Source: Eledone cirrhosa
Lineage: Eukaryota
Assembly: GCA_964016885.1 (NCBI GenBank)
Contig: OZ024760.1
Coordinates: 15,066,001-15,130,000, forward strand
DNA length: 64,000 nucleotides
Direction: 5' to 3'
Shown here: positions 26,593 to 41,649 of the stretch, piece after piece
How the letters are laid out: every line of letters begins with the position of its first letter
Position numbering within the stretch: position 1 is the stretch's first letter
Made by a program: the position numbers and the translations under genes
The notes under the pieces: generated by a model
Seen by the model: the letters and a program-made list of their open reading frames with translations, nothing else
Told to the model about the DNA's origin: nothing
Databases searched by the model: none

Positions 26593-27240
26593 TTTTATCT
26601 ACAAAAAAATGTTTTGTGCAAAGACCTTGAAAAGTGTTGCCTTGTTGCAGTGTAAATTCTATAGCTGCATCATTGCCACCATCACCATCATCGTAAACAT
26701 CTTCATCTTTCTCCGTTTCTTCCTCCCCCTCCTCATCATCATAGTTATCAACATCATCACAATAATTATCATCATCATCACCGTCATAATCATCACTGCT
26801 TTTCATCCTTACGGGGTCGATAAAATAAGGTACCAGTAATGCACTGGTTTAATTGCTGGCCTTGTGCCGAAAATAGAAACAATTATCATTACCAATCCAC
26901 CACTACCACCCCCTGAAGTGGTTGGCCTCCTACAAGGTTCTATCTCACACGAAGTTTCTTGATTGTCTTAATGATAGGATCCCCACCCTACATCACTTCA
27001 TTCCACCCTCTGTCCTATCATATCTATGTTTGCAAGTATACTTTCATGTTTACTTAAGTTTATATCAGGTGTGTCTGTTAACCTTTCTGTAGGTATCCAG
27101 CTTAGAATAGCTCCACCTTATCTCAGTGTGTATCCAATTTAGAAGAGGTATATTATATCTCTGCATGTGTTGTAGGAGGTAACTAAAAGGGCTGATGTTA
27201 GGAAGGGCACCCACGTTGCCTTTAACCTGAATATGGTCAG

Positions 27241-27651
27241 TTTAACTCTTTAGCATTTACATTACTCTATATTTACTATTGTATTTTAACGGTAAAGGCT
27301 TTATCTCTCATAATATTGAATCTACAAAATTTCAATGTTATTTATTTTGCGAACAATACCTTAACATGAGTATGAGCGGTCAGTTACAGCCGGTTTGAAC
27401 AGAAAGAGGTGAGAGAGTTCTGGCCAGGTACAGCTGATTAAACCCTTTAGCATTTACATTACTCTATATTTATTATATTTTCATGGTAAAGGCTTTATCT
27501 CGCATAATATCGAGTCTATGAGATTTTGATATTATTTATTTTGAGAACAATACCTTAACATCAGTATGAGTGGCTAGTTACAGCCGGTTTGAACAGAAAG
27601 AGGTGAGAGAGTTCTGGCTGGATATGGCCTCTTTAAATGCTAAAGGGTTAA
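27241..27651. mobile_element. Two tandem piggyBac-type TTAA MITEs; family also at 10023-10254, 29399-29812, 30352-30578, 37184-37410, 38478-38700, 38795-39236, 39246-39445, 50449-50639, 55604-56063, 62265-62454
   Basis: TTAA-CCCTTTAGCATTTA ... TAAATGCTAAAGGG-TTAA termini with a conserved ~200-bp body. Confidence 0.9.
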
Positions 27652-28213
27652 TCTAAACCCCCTCCCCCACACACACTCAGAAAGGCTGAAACGTAAAGCT
27701 CTTGACATCTGCAGGATTTAACCTTAAAGTGCAAAGGACTGGAACGAATAGCACAAAACATTTCTAATCTAATGCTCCACTGACTATTTAATTCAGTCTT
27801 TTCCTCATAGCTTAAACTTACTTATTCAGCAAACATAACTGTTGTTCCACTCTATTTATTGTGTGTACGTGTGTATGTGCATGTTTAATTAATTCCTTAA
27901 TTGGTTGTAGATGTGTATTTAGTATTCAGTTACTAAGGGCCACGTGAGGTTAGGGGTGAGGGTGCCCACTTCATAAGCGGAGTGTCGTGGGGCGTGCCCT
28001 ATTTTTACTTTCTAACATGGCGAATTGGCAGTGTTGAATTAAATGACAAGACTAATCGTCGTCGTCGTTTAACATCCATTTTCCGTGCTAGCATGGGTTA
28101 GACAGGTCGTCCTATTTGACGCAGGTTGGGTTGGGTGACCATGTCTTACTCATATAGGACTGTTTCTGGCTAGGTTTCTATGGCTGAATGTCCTTCCTAA
28201 TTGCCAACCACAT

Positions 28214-28685
28214 TTACAGTGTGGACTGGGTGCTCTTTGTTGTGACTCCTACATGACCATTTTACAGTGGGGACTGGGTGCTCTTTGTTGTGACTCCTAC
28301 ACGACCACTTTACAGTGTGGTCTGGGTGCTCTTTGTCGTGACTCCTGCATGACCACTTTGCAGTGTGGACTGGGTGCTCTTTGTCGTGACTCCTACATGA
28401 CCACTTTACAGTGTGGACTGGGTGCTCTTTGTCGTGACTCCTGCATGACCACTTTGCAGTGTGGACTGGGTGCTCTTTGTCGTGACTCCTACATGACCAC
28501 TTTACAGTGTGAACTGGGTGCTCTTTGTCGTGACTCCTGCATGACCATTTTACAGTGTGGACTGGGTGCTCTTTGTTGTGACTCCTACACGACCACTTTA
28601 CAGTGTGGTCTGGGTGCTCTTTGTCGTGACTCTTGCATGACCACTTTGCAGTGTGGACTGGGTGCTCTTTGTCGTGACTCCTGCA
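28214..28685. repeat. 48-bp minisatellite (~10 copies) expanded from a SINE internal segment
   Basis: Unit tgtggactgggtgctctttgtcgtgactcctacatgaccactttacag, contiguous with the SINE at 28057-28215. Confidence 0.95.
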
Positions 28686-30274
28686 CAACCTCTTTAGGCC
28701 AGGGAAATCATTTATCTATCAATCAATCAATCTGTCAATGTATATGAAGGGTAAATACTGTGGTTAGTCACATATGACCATGGGTTCTGCATTGAGAAAC
28801 TTCCCTTTCGAGTTAGAAGTTTGGTTATAGGGTTTTATTTTTGTGGAAGACAAGCAGTCGGTCATGCATATCACTCCACTCCGCACCACTAATGTTGACC
28901 AAGGGAAAGGCAATGACTGATACAGCTTGGCACCAGTGATGACACAGCTCATTGAACTGGAGCAATATGAAATAGTGTCTTGCTCAAGGACACAACGCGC
29001 TGCTGAGAATCAAACTCACCACCTTACGATTGTAAGCCGAATACCTCAATATGTCACCCCTGTTAAAGATGAGAGGTGGTTTGTGTGTTCAGTTTATTTT
29101 GACTAATTATGTGAGGTGTGTTATTAAATTTTGTTTTAAATTTCATAAGAATCTATATTATATTGTAAAGAGTCTAGGCCTTCTTGTTTACTAGATGAAG
29201 TGCTGGGTTCACTAAACGGTAATTTCATCTCCAAAAAGATCCATTGGCTTGGAGGGAATGGGCCTACCTAGAATAGATGGGTCAGACCTGGCTTCCTTAA
29301 TTCTAGGTGTTAATTTTTAACATCCTGTACCACATAATACCACATTAGCAAGCAAGACATTCCTGCAAAGTACAAAACAACACTATAACTGCATTACATT
29401 AACCCTTTAGCATTTACTTTAGCCAATATATACTATTATATTTTCATTGTAAAAGTTTTACCTCACATGTTATCTTAGATAATATTGATGCTATGAAATT
29501 TTGATATTTATTTTGAGGACAATACCTTAACATAAGTATGAGTAGCAAGTTACGGCCGGTTTGAACAGAAGGAGGTGATAGAATTCTGGCCGGATATGGC
29601 TGATTTAAATGCTAAAGTTTTAAACTGGCCATATCCGGCCAGAATTCTCACCTTCTGTTCAAATCAGCTATAACCAGTCGCTGATACTGATGTTAAGGTA
29701 TTGTTCTCAAAATAAATATCATCAAAATCTCATAGATTCGATATTATGTGGGATAATTGTGATATTAACCACAAAAATACAATAGTATATATATAGAGTA
29801 ATGCAAATGCTAATTTTTTGGGGTACAAAGTGCACTGTGAGTAAAAGAAGTTTGGGAACCACTGCCTTAGTAGCACAGCGTGACCAAAGTCTGATGAGTG
29901 AAACCAGTATCAGAGTAGGAGAATAAAAGAATACTAATGAATATATTCTTTTGTTCTTGAATGTTCTCTAATATATATATTCTTTGTTCTTTAATGTACC
30001 AGGTCAACTGGAATGGGTCATTTAGTTCATGAATGAAGGGCGTCTCATTGTGTAAGTGTGCTAAGGGTGACTCAGCCCACTGACCCCTCTATAGTCCTTC
30101 TTAGGGGGGTCATTGACTACAAGTGTAGATACAGAAAGGTGGGTGTTTCAGCTGCAATGTGAAATGTTCTGTGTGTGTGTGTGTGTGTGAAAGAGAAAGT
30201 ATGTGTACACCCCACCCACACGCACACACATATATATATGTATATATATATAAGTATGTGTGTATATATATATA

Positions 30275-30308
<34 letters not shown>

Positions 30309-31090
30309 GTCTGTTCGCTTTTTGAGTAAACTTGAAGTACGCGAATTTGCTTTAACCCTTTAATGTTGAAACCGGCCAAAACCGGCCAGAATTCTCTACC
30401 TCTTTTTGTTGAAACTGGCTGTAACTGGTCGCTCAAACTGATGTTAAGGTATTGTTCTCAAAATAAATACTTTTAAAATCTCATAGATTCGATATTATGT
30501 GAGGTAAAGCCTTTACCATGAAAATATAATAGTATATATATATATATATATAGAGTAATATGAATTATGAAGGGTTAACACACCTTGAAAAAATATTATT
30601 AAATATTCACTTTGCGGGAATAACGCACTATAATGTGTGTGGCTTTTAATTTTTTAAAAATTAGACTTGAATTACACAAATTTACTTTACGCACTGCATT
30701 AAAGACACTTTTTCTAATTCCATGCTGCATGTCCCTTCAATTTATCTAATTTCTCATTCTTTTTTCTGATGGAGTAGCATCTGAAACATTAAGACCCTCT
30801 TCCGGCTATTTCAAGCATTAACCCTAATATATCCCTTCCATATACTGTACCGATCGTGTTATTTCTGTTTACCTTTTAAATACATATATATACATATGTA
30901 TATATATATATGCGTGTGTTCCGAAGAGATTGTTTTGGTAAAAACAGGAGCAAAGCAGGAGAAAGCTCTGAACATTCGTAGTTTGTAGTTACGATGGAGA
31001 TTTAGTATAATAATAACATTAAGAAAGATGCTGGTGTTACATAAATCGTTTATGTAACATCAGCATCTTTATTAATTTTATTATCATATG

Positions 31091-31145
<55 letters not shown>

Positions 31146-32066
31146 TAACAGTAGTACCCAATTTTGATCAGGTAAGAGAGATGACTCAGTCTGCGGACAA
31201 TTTCTTGAAAAATAATAATTGCAACTCTGCATAACTATATTATCTGAGACACACATATACACACACACATTCTCTCTCTCTCACACACGCACATATATTG
31301 TGTGTGTATCATCATCATCACGTCTGCACTACATGCTCTTATGAGGTGTCTGGTTTGTTATAGTCGGCTGGAGACTAGATAGGACAGAGAGAGACCTTAT
31401 CTTGCTCATCTCACATGATCCTGCACTCGAAACTGTGAGTGCATGTTATCATGTCACCAACACTAGAGAGGTTGTCATACACTGCTAAAGACTCTTCCTC
31501 CACACAACCCTTTGTTTGGCACTTTTTCTACAGCTGGATGCTCTTCCTATCACACTTTACAGGGTGTATGTATATGTGTGTGTTTTTATATGGAGGCACA
31601 TGGCTTAGTGGTTAGAGCATTGGCCTTGCAATCGAAAGGTTGTTAGTTCAATTCTCAGTTTACTCAGCTGTAGAAATGAGATGATAGGAACTGAGGTCCA
31701 TATTATTCCACTGTAAAGTGGACGTGGAGGTGCCACGGCAAAAAAGCACCCAGCACTCACTGTAAATGAGGTTAGTGTTAGGGAGGGCATCCAGCTGTAG
31801 AAATCAAGCCAGAATCAGTTCCCGTCCCACCCTTACAAGCAGGGAAAAGCGGACGTATATATGTGAAATATTTATACTCTATGTATTGAGTACCTTATTT
31901 ACTGTGGTTACCCCCGATTGAACCCGGGACACACACACATTAAAATAACAGATTAAAGTTTAAGCAAAGAATCGCTGCTTTCACCCTTAACGGGATCTTC
32001 TGAAAGCAGCGATTCTTAAACTTTAATCTGTTATTTTAATAAATATTTGCTCTATGGTTTTATATA

Positions 32067-32098
<32 letters not shown>

Positions 32099-32270
32099 AT
32101 CCCTATCAAGCCCTCTTCGGATTTTAGTCTTCACATTTATTATTATTACTATATATATATATATATATATGATAATGAAATTATTGTGTACAGTGCTCAG
32201 GTGCACTACAACTCGTCAAAGGTGCATGTAGAGTACATAGAATAATATACAAATGTCAGGGAAGTGAATA

Positions 32271-32316
<46 letters not shown>

Positions 32317-33189
32317 GCAGCGTGTGAAGCCATGTATATGTGTGTATTCTTCACCAAATGTGTTATATTATATATGCCTGCATGTATATATATATTGGTG
32401 TTGGTGGTAGTTTTGGGGGGGGGGGTACACTTGTAATATTTCTGTATAGTTCTTACTTCAAGTACCTGAATTATATACAGTTGTCTTTCTCTCTCTCTCT
32501 CTCTCTCTCTCGCTTAACTCTTACTCTTTCCTTATCTCAGCACTCCTATTCTCTATCTCCCTCTCTTTCTCTCAACAATCCTACTCTCTTTCTCTCTCTC
32601 TCTCTCTCTTATTACTGCTATCCACTTCTCTCTCTCTCTTTCATTACTATTATCCACTCTCTCTCTATCTGTCACTAATCCTCGTCTGTCTCTCCCACTT
32701 TCTCCCTCCCTCTCGTCTGTCTCTCCCACTGTCTCCCTCCCTCTCGTCTGTCTCTCCCACTTTCTCCCTCCCTATCTGTCTCTCTGCTTCTCTCCCTCCC
32801 TCTCGTCTGTCTCTCCCACTTTCTCCCTCCCTCTCTGTCTCTCCCACTTTCTCCCCCCCCTCTCTGTCTCCCTCCCCCTCCACCTCCTCCTCCTCCTCAT
32901 GTATTCTACTATCAGAGACAGACTTAACTGTGGCCCTCTCTGAAAGGTTCTGTCTGGAGTTGTATGGAGTACTGGTTGCTGTGCAGGTGGTGATGGCTGC
33001 AGTGATGGTAATGGTGGTGTTGTGATGATGATGGAGCTTATATCAGTGATGGAGATGATGATGATGGAAGAGGCTAGTGGATTTACTTATATATACATAT
33101 ATAAAAATGTTGATAGGTCACACTTAAACCCATCCTCAATAGTGCGTAAACTTGAATGACTTTACAGATTCTTGCTTCACCCACATCTA

Positions 33190-33290
<101 letters not shown>

Positions 33291-33572
33291 GTATCTGTGT
33301 ATGTATGTATCTATGTGTGTATGTATATAGTGTGTTTGCATATGTGTATATGTACATATGTTTGCATGTATGTTTGCATATACATGTGTATGTGTGGGTA
33401 TGCTTGTGTGTACATATGTGTCTGTGCTTGTTTGTACATGTATGTATTTTTGCATATGCATGTGTGTGTGTGTTTGTGTGTGTGGTGGAGAGGCTGGGAA
33501 GACTACAAATCAAGGTAGTACTCAATACATGATGAGATAGTGGGTATATTGATGAGGCAAACTGAGTAGCAA

Positions 33573-33930
33573 CATGTTGAAGCTACATGAGCTGGCGACA
33601 TGTCGAAGGCTACATGAGCTGGCGACATGTCGAAGGCTACATGAGCTGGCGACATGTCGAAGGCTACATGAGCTGGCAACATTTCGAAGGCTACATGAGC
33701 TGGCGACATGTCGAAGGCTACATGAGCTGGCGACATGTCGAAGGCTACAGGAGCTGGCAACATGTCGAAGGCTACATGAGCTGGCAACATTTCGAAGGCT
33801 ACATGAGCTGGCAACATTTCGAAGGCTACATGAGCTGGCAACATTTCGAAGGCTACAGGAGCTGGCAACATTTCGAAGGTACATGAGCTAGCAACACTTG
33901 GAAGCTGCATGAGCTGGCAACATTTCGAAT
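33573..33930. repeat. 27-bp minisatellite, ~13 copies
   Basis: Unit gaaggctacatgagctggc(g/a)acat(g/t)tc. Confidence 0.95.
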
Positions 33931-34375
33931 ACAGCCATTGTGTAGCTTAGAAGGAACATTATATTATTTCATCTTTTGAAAAAAAAAAAAAAAAAAATGG
34001 AAGGGTACAAACAAGACCCGTGCTATTCTTGCTATGTCTAGGAGGGCAGAAAATCCCAATAATTACTTTCCTTCACCATCCCACCCACTTTGGAGGCTTT
34101 CTAAAGAGACATAAGCACTGTCGTTCACTCTGAAGTTAATTGATATTGCTCACATGCAGCCATCAATTCAGCTGACTACATCGGTGAAGGTGTGTGGCCA
34201 AGTGGTTAGGGTTGTAGAGTCATGAACTTATAGTCATGGGTTTGATTCTTGGGAAAATCTGTGTGTTGTGTTCTTGAGTAACATACTTTGTTTCATGTTT
34301 CTTTTGATGATAGAACTGAGGACCAGAATTAGCCATCGAGACGGCTTGAGCTCAGCCGTCAGGGTCCTACTCATT

Positions 34376-34417
<42 letters not shown>

Positions 34418-34420
<3 letters not shown>

Positions 34421-34552
34421 GTAAAATTCCATTATAACAACATTTTTTTCAATCCCTGGCCGTGTGCTTGATGTGTTGGGTCGATCTTGAATTTTTCGTT
34501 ACAACAAATTTTTTTTATACCCCATGAATTTCATTATAATGGAATTTTACTG
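34418..34552. mobile_element. Tigger/pogo-type MITE at a TA site
   Basis: TA-CAG(G)TAAAATTCCATTATAA ... TTATAATGGAATTTTACTG-TA. Confidence 0.85.
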
Positions 34553-35204
34553 TATATAAAAATAAAATTAATGAGATATTTCCAGAACTTGCTTAAGAAT
34601 ATAGTCACCACAGATGACCCAGTCCTGTGTAGAAATAGAAAGAGACAGATATTCGGTGAGAGAGAGAGAGATAGCTGGTCATCAATAGAGAGACTGACAG
34701 CTGATGATAGAGAGAGAGACAAGGGAAACAGACTACAGTTCAGAGAGAGAGATACAGAAACAGCTGGTGAGAAAGACATTTGAAGAGAAACAGAGAGAGA
34801 GATTGTGAGAAGGTAGTGCTTGGTCTCAACAGCAGCCATTCAAGCCAAACCACTTTGATGGCACTACCACTACCACTACCACTCATCTATCTACCTCACC
34901 CCATTAACTTACACTTAAAAAAGGAAGCCAGTCATAGCGGCCAGTGGAAGTGAAATGGTATGGCATCAGGCAAAACTACAAACCTCACTGACCCTCTTTG
35001 TTCTTGTGTTCAATTTACAATTATTCTTCCTTTAAAACAAAACTGTTTTCTAGGCCAAGTACAGTTTCAAGGAAATAGGATTTCTCTATCATAAGACACA
35101 AGACTGTAGAAGGAAAAGCAAGCCTCTACATGGTTACTTGATCTGTAGGAAATAGCAGTCAAATCTCCTTCATATCACACCCTATCATCATTGTCATTAT
35201 CATG

Positions 35205-35395
35205 GATTGGCAGTATCGGTAGAGGGTCTGACGCCATGCTTTGCAGCAAAGAGTTACAGCCCTTGCCATTCTGAGTTCAAATCCCGCCGAGGTTAACTTT
35301 GCCTTTCATCCTGACGGGGTCGATAAATAAAGTACCAGTAATACACTGGGGTAATTGCTGGCCTTGTGCCAAAAGTAGAAACAATTATCATCATC
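35205..35395 (+). mobile_element. tRNA-head SINE with Deu/Nin-like core; copies 50950-51135(-), 53430-53640(-), 53780-53965(-), partial 26795-26890
   Basis: B box GAGTTCAAATCC followed by 'cgccgaggttaactttgcctttcatcc...ggggtcgataaataaagtaccagta'. Confidence 0.8.
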
Positions 35396-36350
35396 ATCAT
35401 CATTGGTTAACATTTTTATCTTCCATGCTAACATGGGTTAGATGGGTTTGTCCGATTTAGAGGCAAGTTGGACGGGTGACTGTGTCTTGCTCATATAGGA
35501 CTGTTTCTGGCTGGTTTTTCTATGGCTGGGTGCCCTTCCTAACACCATCCACCTTGACAGTGTACGCTGGGTGCTTTTTGCCATGTCTTTTACATTATCG
35601 TCGTAATTATTCTCGTTAGCTTTGCCTTTCATTTTTACGGGGTTGATAAAATAAAGTACCAGTCATGCACTGAGGTCGATTTAATCAACTTTCTCCTCCC
35701 ATCGTCGTCATCATTGTCATCATAATTACCATCATCGTCATTATCACCATTGTCAGCATCATCACTATCGTCATCATCATCATACATCTGTTTTCCATGC
35801 TGACATGGTTTTAACAGCTGTAACAAATTGTAATGAAAGAGTTAACGGAAATTTACTTTTCTATTTTATTGTAGCTCTCTGTGAGACTTTGGAAAAATAT
35901 AAACAAAAGCCTTTTGTTATCTCTTTCACAGACACATATTACAACAGGCTATGTTTACATTTGATCAAAGTTTCATCATGTCAGCTAAAATATCATTTAA
36001 ATATACCTTAATACACATTTTAAATTACCCATACACATCGTTGTTTATTGTGCAATGAAGATTAATTAGGCACACTGCTTAATTAAATGATGCATGGTCA
36101 TGACTAGAATATAACACACTGCGTTCCAACTCATTACTAAGACTACATAACAATTGTCTTATTTTCATTCTGTATTTTCAATTTTTTTTTTTTTTTTTGT
36201 CTTTACTCAGACCTTTTCTGTTTCTCCTTTGTGATCCTTTTTGATTTTGTGATTTTGTCGGCTAAAGCCCGGCACGTGGAACTTTCTTTCCTCTTTCCAG
36301 TATAAAGCGTGAAACTAAGACTTCTTGTACCTCTGTTTGTTGTCTCCTTC

Positions 36351-36381
<31 letters not shown>

Positions 36382-36766
36382 ATCATCATCATCGTTTAAC
36401 GTCCATCTTCCACGCTAGCATGGGTTAGACGGTTTTGTTCCATTTGATGCGGGGGGGCCATGTTTATCCTGGGTTCAATCGGGGGTAACCACAGAGTATA
36501 AATATTTAATATAGAAATGGCTTCTACAGGACTAGAATTGTTTCATTCGAGAGAAATCTGATGATTTCTCCTGAATGAAACGGTCCTAGTCCTGTAGAAG
36601 CCATTTCTATATTAAATATATATATATATATATATAGGGATTGTAACATCCAGTTGCTGTAGGTTCACCAGAGTGAGCACTCGATGCAAAGTTTCCAGTA
36701 AGTACAAAATAATATTAATAAAAGGGATGATTTATTATATCTATTTATATATATATATGTATATAG

Positions 36767-36800
<34 letters not shown>

Positions 36801-37928
36801 CATTGGCAAAGTCGTTACAACGCAGGATAGTGCTTTATGGTATATTCGTTCCGGCTTTCTGAGTTCAAATCCCGCCGAGGTCAACACTGCCTTTCATCCT
36901 TTCGGGGTTGATAAAAACAAAGTACCAGTCTAGTACTGGGGTCAGTTCTTCATCTATATCTCTTTCTTACTTCTTTCTCTCTCACTTTCTCTATCTTTCT
37001 CTGGAAGAAATCTGCTGTATTCAGACCTGGAAAGGAGATGGGCTCCTTCAGGTTTTAAAAATGCCCTAGAAACACTGTATGTCAATATGGTGCTTCTACG
37101 ACTCCCTCGGGAGTTATGGCACCAGGCATGCATTATAATATGGCAAATTTCCACAACGATTTGTCGACTCTAAAATATTTGAATTAACCCTTTAGCATTT
37201 ACATTACTCTATATTTACGATTATATTTTCGCAGTAAAGGCTTTACCTCACATAATTATCTTACATAATATCGAATCGAATCTACAAGATTTTCATATTT
37301 ATTTTGAGAACAATAACTTATCAGTATCAGTGGCCAGTTACAGCTGGTTTGAACAGGAGAGGTGAGTGAATTCTGGCCGGATACAGCCGGTTTAAATGCT
37401 AAAGGGTTAATGAACCATATGAAATCACATAAGCAGGACATTCTTATCCACAGATGAAGTGTTTCTGTGTGTGTGTATGTGTGATAGAAAGCAAAACAGA
37501 AGGAGGGTGAGTGAGAGGAAGACTGTAGTAACAGTTAGGGTTTTAATCATTGCAATTGATGGTACATAGTCTGCTTCTGAGGTGAGACCTTGTTCCCAAT
37601 AGATAAGCTTATCAAATCACCTTCCTACCAAGATATAAGTGGGTACATGTGAAGCTCTGTGTGTCTGTATGAACATGTGTTTGTCTATGTATGTATGAGT
37701 GTATATATGTGTGCGTGTTTATGTATGTCTATGTACATGTTTGTGTGTGTATGTACATGTTTGTCTATGTACATGTTTGTCTGTGTGTTTGCATGTCTAT
37801 GAACATGTTTATCTGTGTATGAGTGTATATATGTATGCGTGTGTATATGTTTGTGTATGTCTGTATGAACTTGTTTGTCTATGTATTTGTGTGTGTATGA
37901 GCATATATATGTACGTGTGTGTGTTGTG

Positions 37929-37960
<32 letters not shown>

Positions 37961-38824
37961 AATATGTGTGTATTTGCGTATGTTATCACTGCCAAAATAA
38001 GTTCTGTCAAAAAACAAAATAAAGAAAAAAAAGCATTAATACATATTTTTAATTCTTTCTGTTTATTTTGGCAACTTCTGACACCATACAGTAGGTAGGA
38101 GTAGGAGGCAACAGGTGGGTTAAACCTAACTTAATTCCAGGTGTTAATTATTAACATCCTGTACCACATGATACCACATTAGCAAGATATTCTTGCAATG
38201 TATAAAACAGCATTATGACTGCATCACATTAAATATTAGTCTTTACTCTAATGTGCCAAATTTTTACAACAATCTGGCCCCTAGTAAAGATATAAACATT
38301 TGAATTAACAAACCACATTAGCAAGACATTACATTAAATATTAAAGTCTTTACTCTAATATGCCAAATTTTTACAACAACCTGTCCACTATTAAAGGTAC
38401 TATAAACATTTGAATTATGAAACCACATTAGCAAGACATTCTTGCAAAGTACAAAACAACCCTATAACTATATCACATTAACCCTTTATCATTTAAATTG
38501 GACGTATCCGACCAGAATTCTATCACCTCATTCAGTTCAAACTGGCTGTAAACTGACCTCTCATACCAATGTTAAGGTAGTGTTCTCAAAATAAATATCA
38601 AAATCTCATAGATTCGATATTATGTGAAATAATTATGTAAGATAAAGCCTTTAACACAAAACTACAATAGTAAATATAATGTAAGTGCTAAAAGGTTTAA
38701 CTCCAGGTGTTAACTTTTAACATCCTGTACCACATGATACCACATTAGCAACACATTCTTCTAATATACAAAACAACACTATAACTGCATTACATTAACC
38801 ATTAGCATTTACATTACTCTATAT

Positions 38825-39039
38825 CAGAGGTTCTCAAGGTGGGCAAGGGCCCTAAGGGGGTGGTAGAGATGATATAGTTGTATATTAAATACCAAATGAT
38901 ACATATATATATAAATATAGTAAAATAATAAATATATAATATTTATTTATACATAGTATATTTTATATCTTTCTGGAAATGGGGTGGGTGCTGAGGGTAT
39001 TACATGGGTGAGAGGGCCCCAAAAGTTTGAGAACCTTTG
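38825..39039. mobile_element. hAT-type non-autonomous element nested inside a TTAA MITE
   Basis: TIR CAGAGGTTCTCAA / TTGAGAACCTTTG; 8-bp TSD ctctatat (38817-38824) / ctgtatat (39040-39047); the host MITE resumes afterwards. Confidence 0.85.
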
Positions 39040-41649
39040 CTGTATATTTACTATTGCATTTTTATGGTAAAGGCTTTATCTCACATAGTATCGAATCTGA
39101 GATTTTGATATCATTTATTTTGAGAACAATACCTATACCTTAACATCAGTATGAGTGGCTAGCTACGGCCGGTTTGAACAGATAGAGGTGAGAGAATTCT
39201 GTTCGGATACAGCTGGTTTAAATACTAAAGGGTTAATGAAGGTTCTTAACCCTTTAACTTTGCTCTATATTTACTATTATATTTTCATGGTAAAGTCTTT
39301 ACCTCACATAATATCGAGTCTATGAGATTTTGATATTACTTATTTTGAGAATAATACATTAACATCAGTATGAGCGGCCAGTTTGAACAGAAAGAGGTGA
39401 GAGAAATCTGGCCAGATATGGCTGGCTTAAATGCTAAAGGGTTAAATAAAATTATGGTGGCAGGTTTTAAGATTAACAGTTTTGTATCATAAAACCAGAG
39501 GGCAGTTTCGGACAATTTTATATCAGAAGGTTTAATTATTATTAGGTCTTTAAGTACTCTTTTTCATTTTCTCGTTCATTAGTCTAATTAAAATGATTTG
39601 ATTTTCTTTCTTTGCTTTCTGTTTGGGATATGTTCATATTTTCACTTTGTTACAGAATAAGGTTTTTTTTTTTTTAACAAACTTCTAAATCCTGATTTTT
39701 ATCAGGGTTTGCTTACGTCAAAGCTTCTCCGTTATCAAATTATCTTTATTAATAGCTGAGGTTTTTGCTGTTTTGAGGATAGGGGAACCAATTAGATGAC
39801 TGTGGCTCCACCCTTGCCTGCACCTGGTACTCATCCATCAGGCCACATCAACTACAACCATTACCATCACCAATACCATGACCGCCACCTTTACCACTAC
39901 AACCATTACCACCATCACCACCAGCATGACCTCCACCACCACCTTTACCACTACAACCACAACCATTATACCACTGTCACCACCACCACTATCACCTTCA
40001 CCACTATCACTACCACCACCACAGCCACTACCATAACCATGATTATCATTGTCACCTCAACAACAACCACCACTACCATCGCTACAACCATCACCACCAC
40101 CACCATCATCACTACAATCATTACCATCACCACCACCATCGCTACAACCATCACCACCACCACTGTCGCTACAACCATTACCACCACCACCACCACCATC
40201 ATTACCATCACCACCATCGCTACAACCATTACCACCACCACCACCACAATATATATATATCCCAAAATATCTTTAATGAGCTGCAACCTAACCTCAAGTT
40301 AGAAAATCCCTATTTGGGAAGAAGCTGCTGATGATGATGATGATGATGATGATGATGGTGGTGATGATGACAATGATGATAGTGGGGATGTTGATGGTGG
40401 TGGTGATGGTGGTGGTGGTGATGTTGATGGTGATGATGGCATTTGTTGTTAAATTTTTTTTTTTTTTTTTTTTTTTTTTCCCGTTTCTTCCATTTCTTCC
40501 ATTAACTGAAATTTTGTGGAATGCAGAGTCTATTAATGGTCATACAGAACGTCCATCTTACCCCAACACCACACCACCATCATCATCACCACCACCATCA
40601 CCACCATCACCACCACCACCACTGCCAACACTACTACCACCACCACCATGATCACCTCAACACCATCACCCATCATCACCACCACCATCATCATCACCAT
40701 CACCACCATCACCAACACCACCACCATCCTCACCCCCCCCCCCCCCCATCATCATTGTCATTCAAGTGCCTATGAATTAAAATAAGTTTCATCTTTTGTG
40801 AGTGTATAGATATATTGACACACATTTTAATGAAATGCACTCACACACATTGAACTCTGTGTGAGTGTACGTACAAGTAATTACACGAAGAATCCGTGTG
40901 TATATTCACACACTCATGCACACTTATACGCATGCACTCATATATTCATACATTTACATACACAGACACGCACACACGAATGCACTTAAACATGCACTTA
41001 CATACACTTATACACACACACACACACACTCTCACACGCGTGTGCACACGTGAGCTTATATCATACACGCCTTGACCAGTGTGGTCAAAAGGGGCCAGCC
41101 ACATTTACATTTTGTAGCTTTTGTTGTCTCTGACCATTTTTGGTGAATCCCTTTCGTTACTGTATTTCTAACGAAAGAATATTTATTTCCCATGAGTTTC
41201 CATTACCGTATGTAATTGAATATAAGCCGACCCTGGAGCCATCCAATTCCACACTGTAAATGTGGTTGGTGTTGGGAAGGGCATCCAGCTGTAAAATACC
41301 CAGTCAGATATACAGGCCTTGCCGGAGCAAGGTGTGACATGGCCAACTCTGGCCAGCCAGACTTGCCTCTCACGTGGACGACCCCTCTAACCCATACAAG
41401 CATGGGAAAATGGACGCTAAACAATAAGTATTTATATATATATATATATATATATATACTTGGGGAGGGTCATATTTGTGTAATAATATTGCCAGAATTA
41501 ATAACAGAACACACTCACTGTTTGGTTGGTTTTCGCTTCTCTGTCTTTTATATCGGTTAATTTAATTTATTCGGTCCTCAATGTTTACCATTGACTGACC
41601 AACGGTCAAAAATACAGATACAATATAGACACAAACACATATATATAGT

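Noticed and set aside
28197-28747. Repeat-protein-like ORFs or CRISPR-like array
   Set aside because: Head-to-tail 48-bp SINE-derived units with no unique spacers; eukaryotic context.
29895-29920. CTGATGAGTGAAAC as a hammerhead
   Set aside because: No stem II and no supporting stems I or III.
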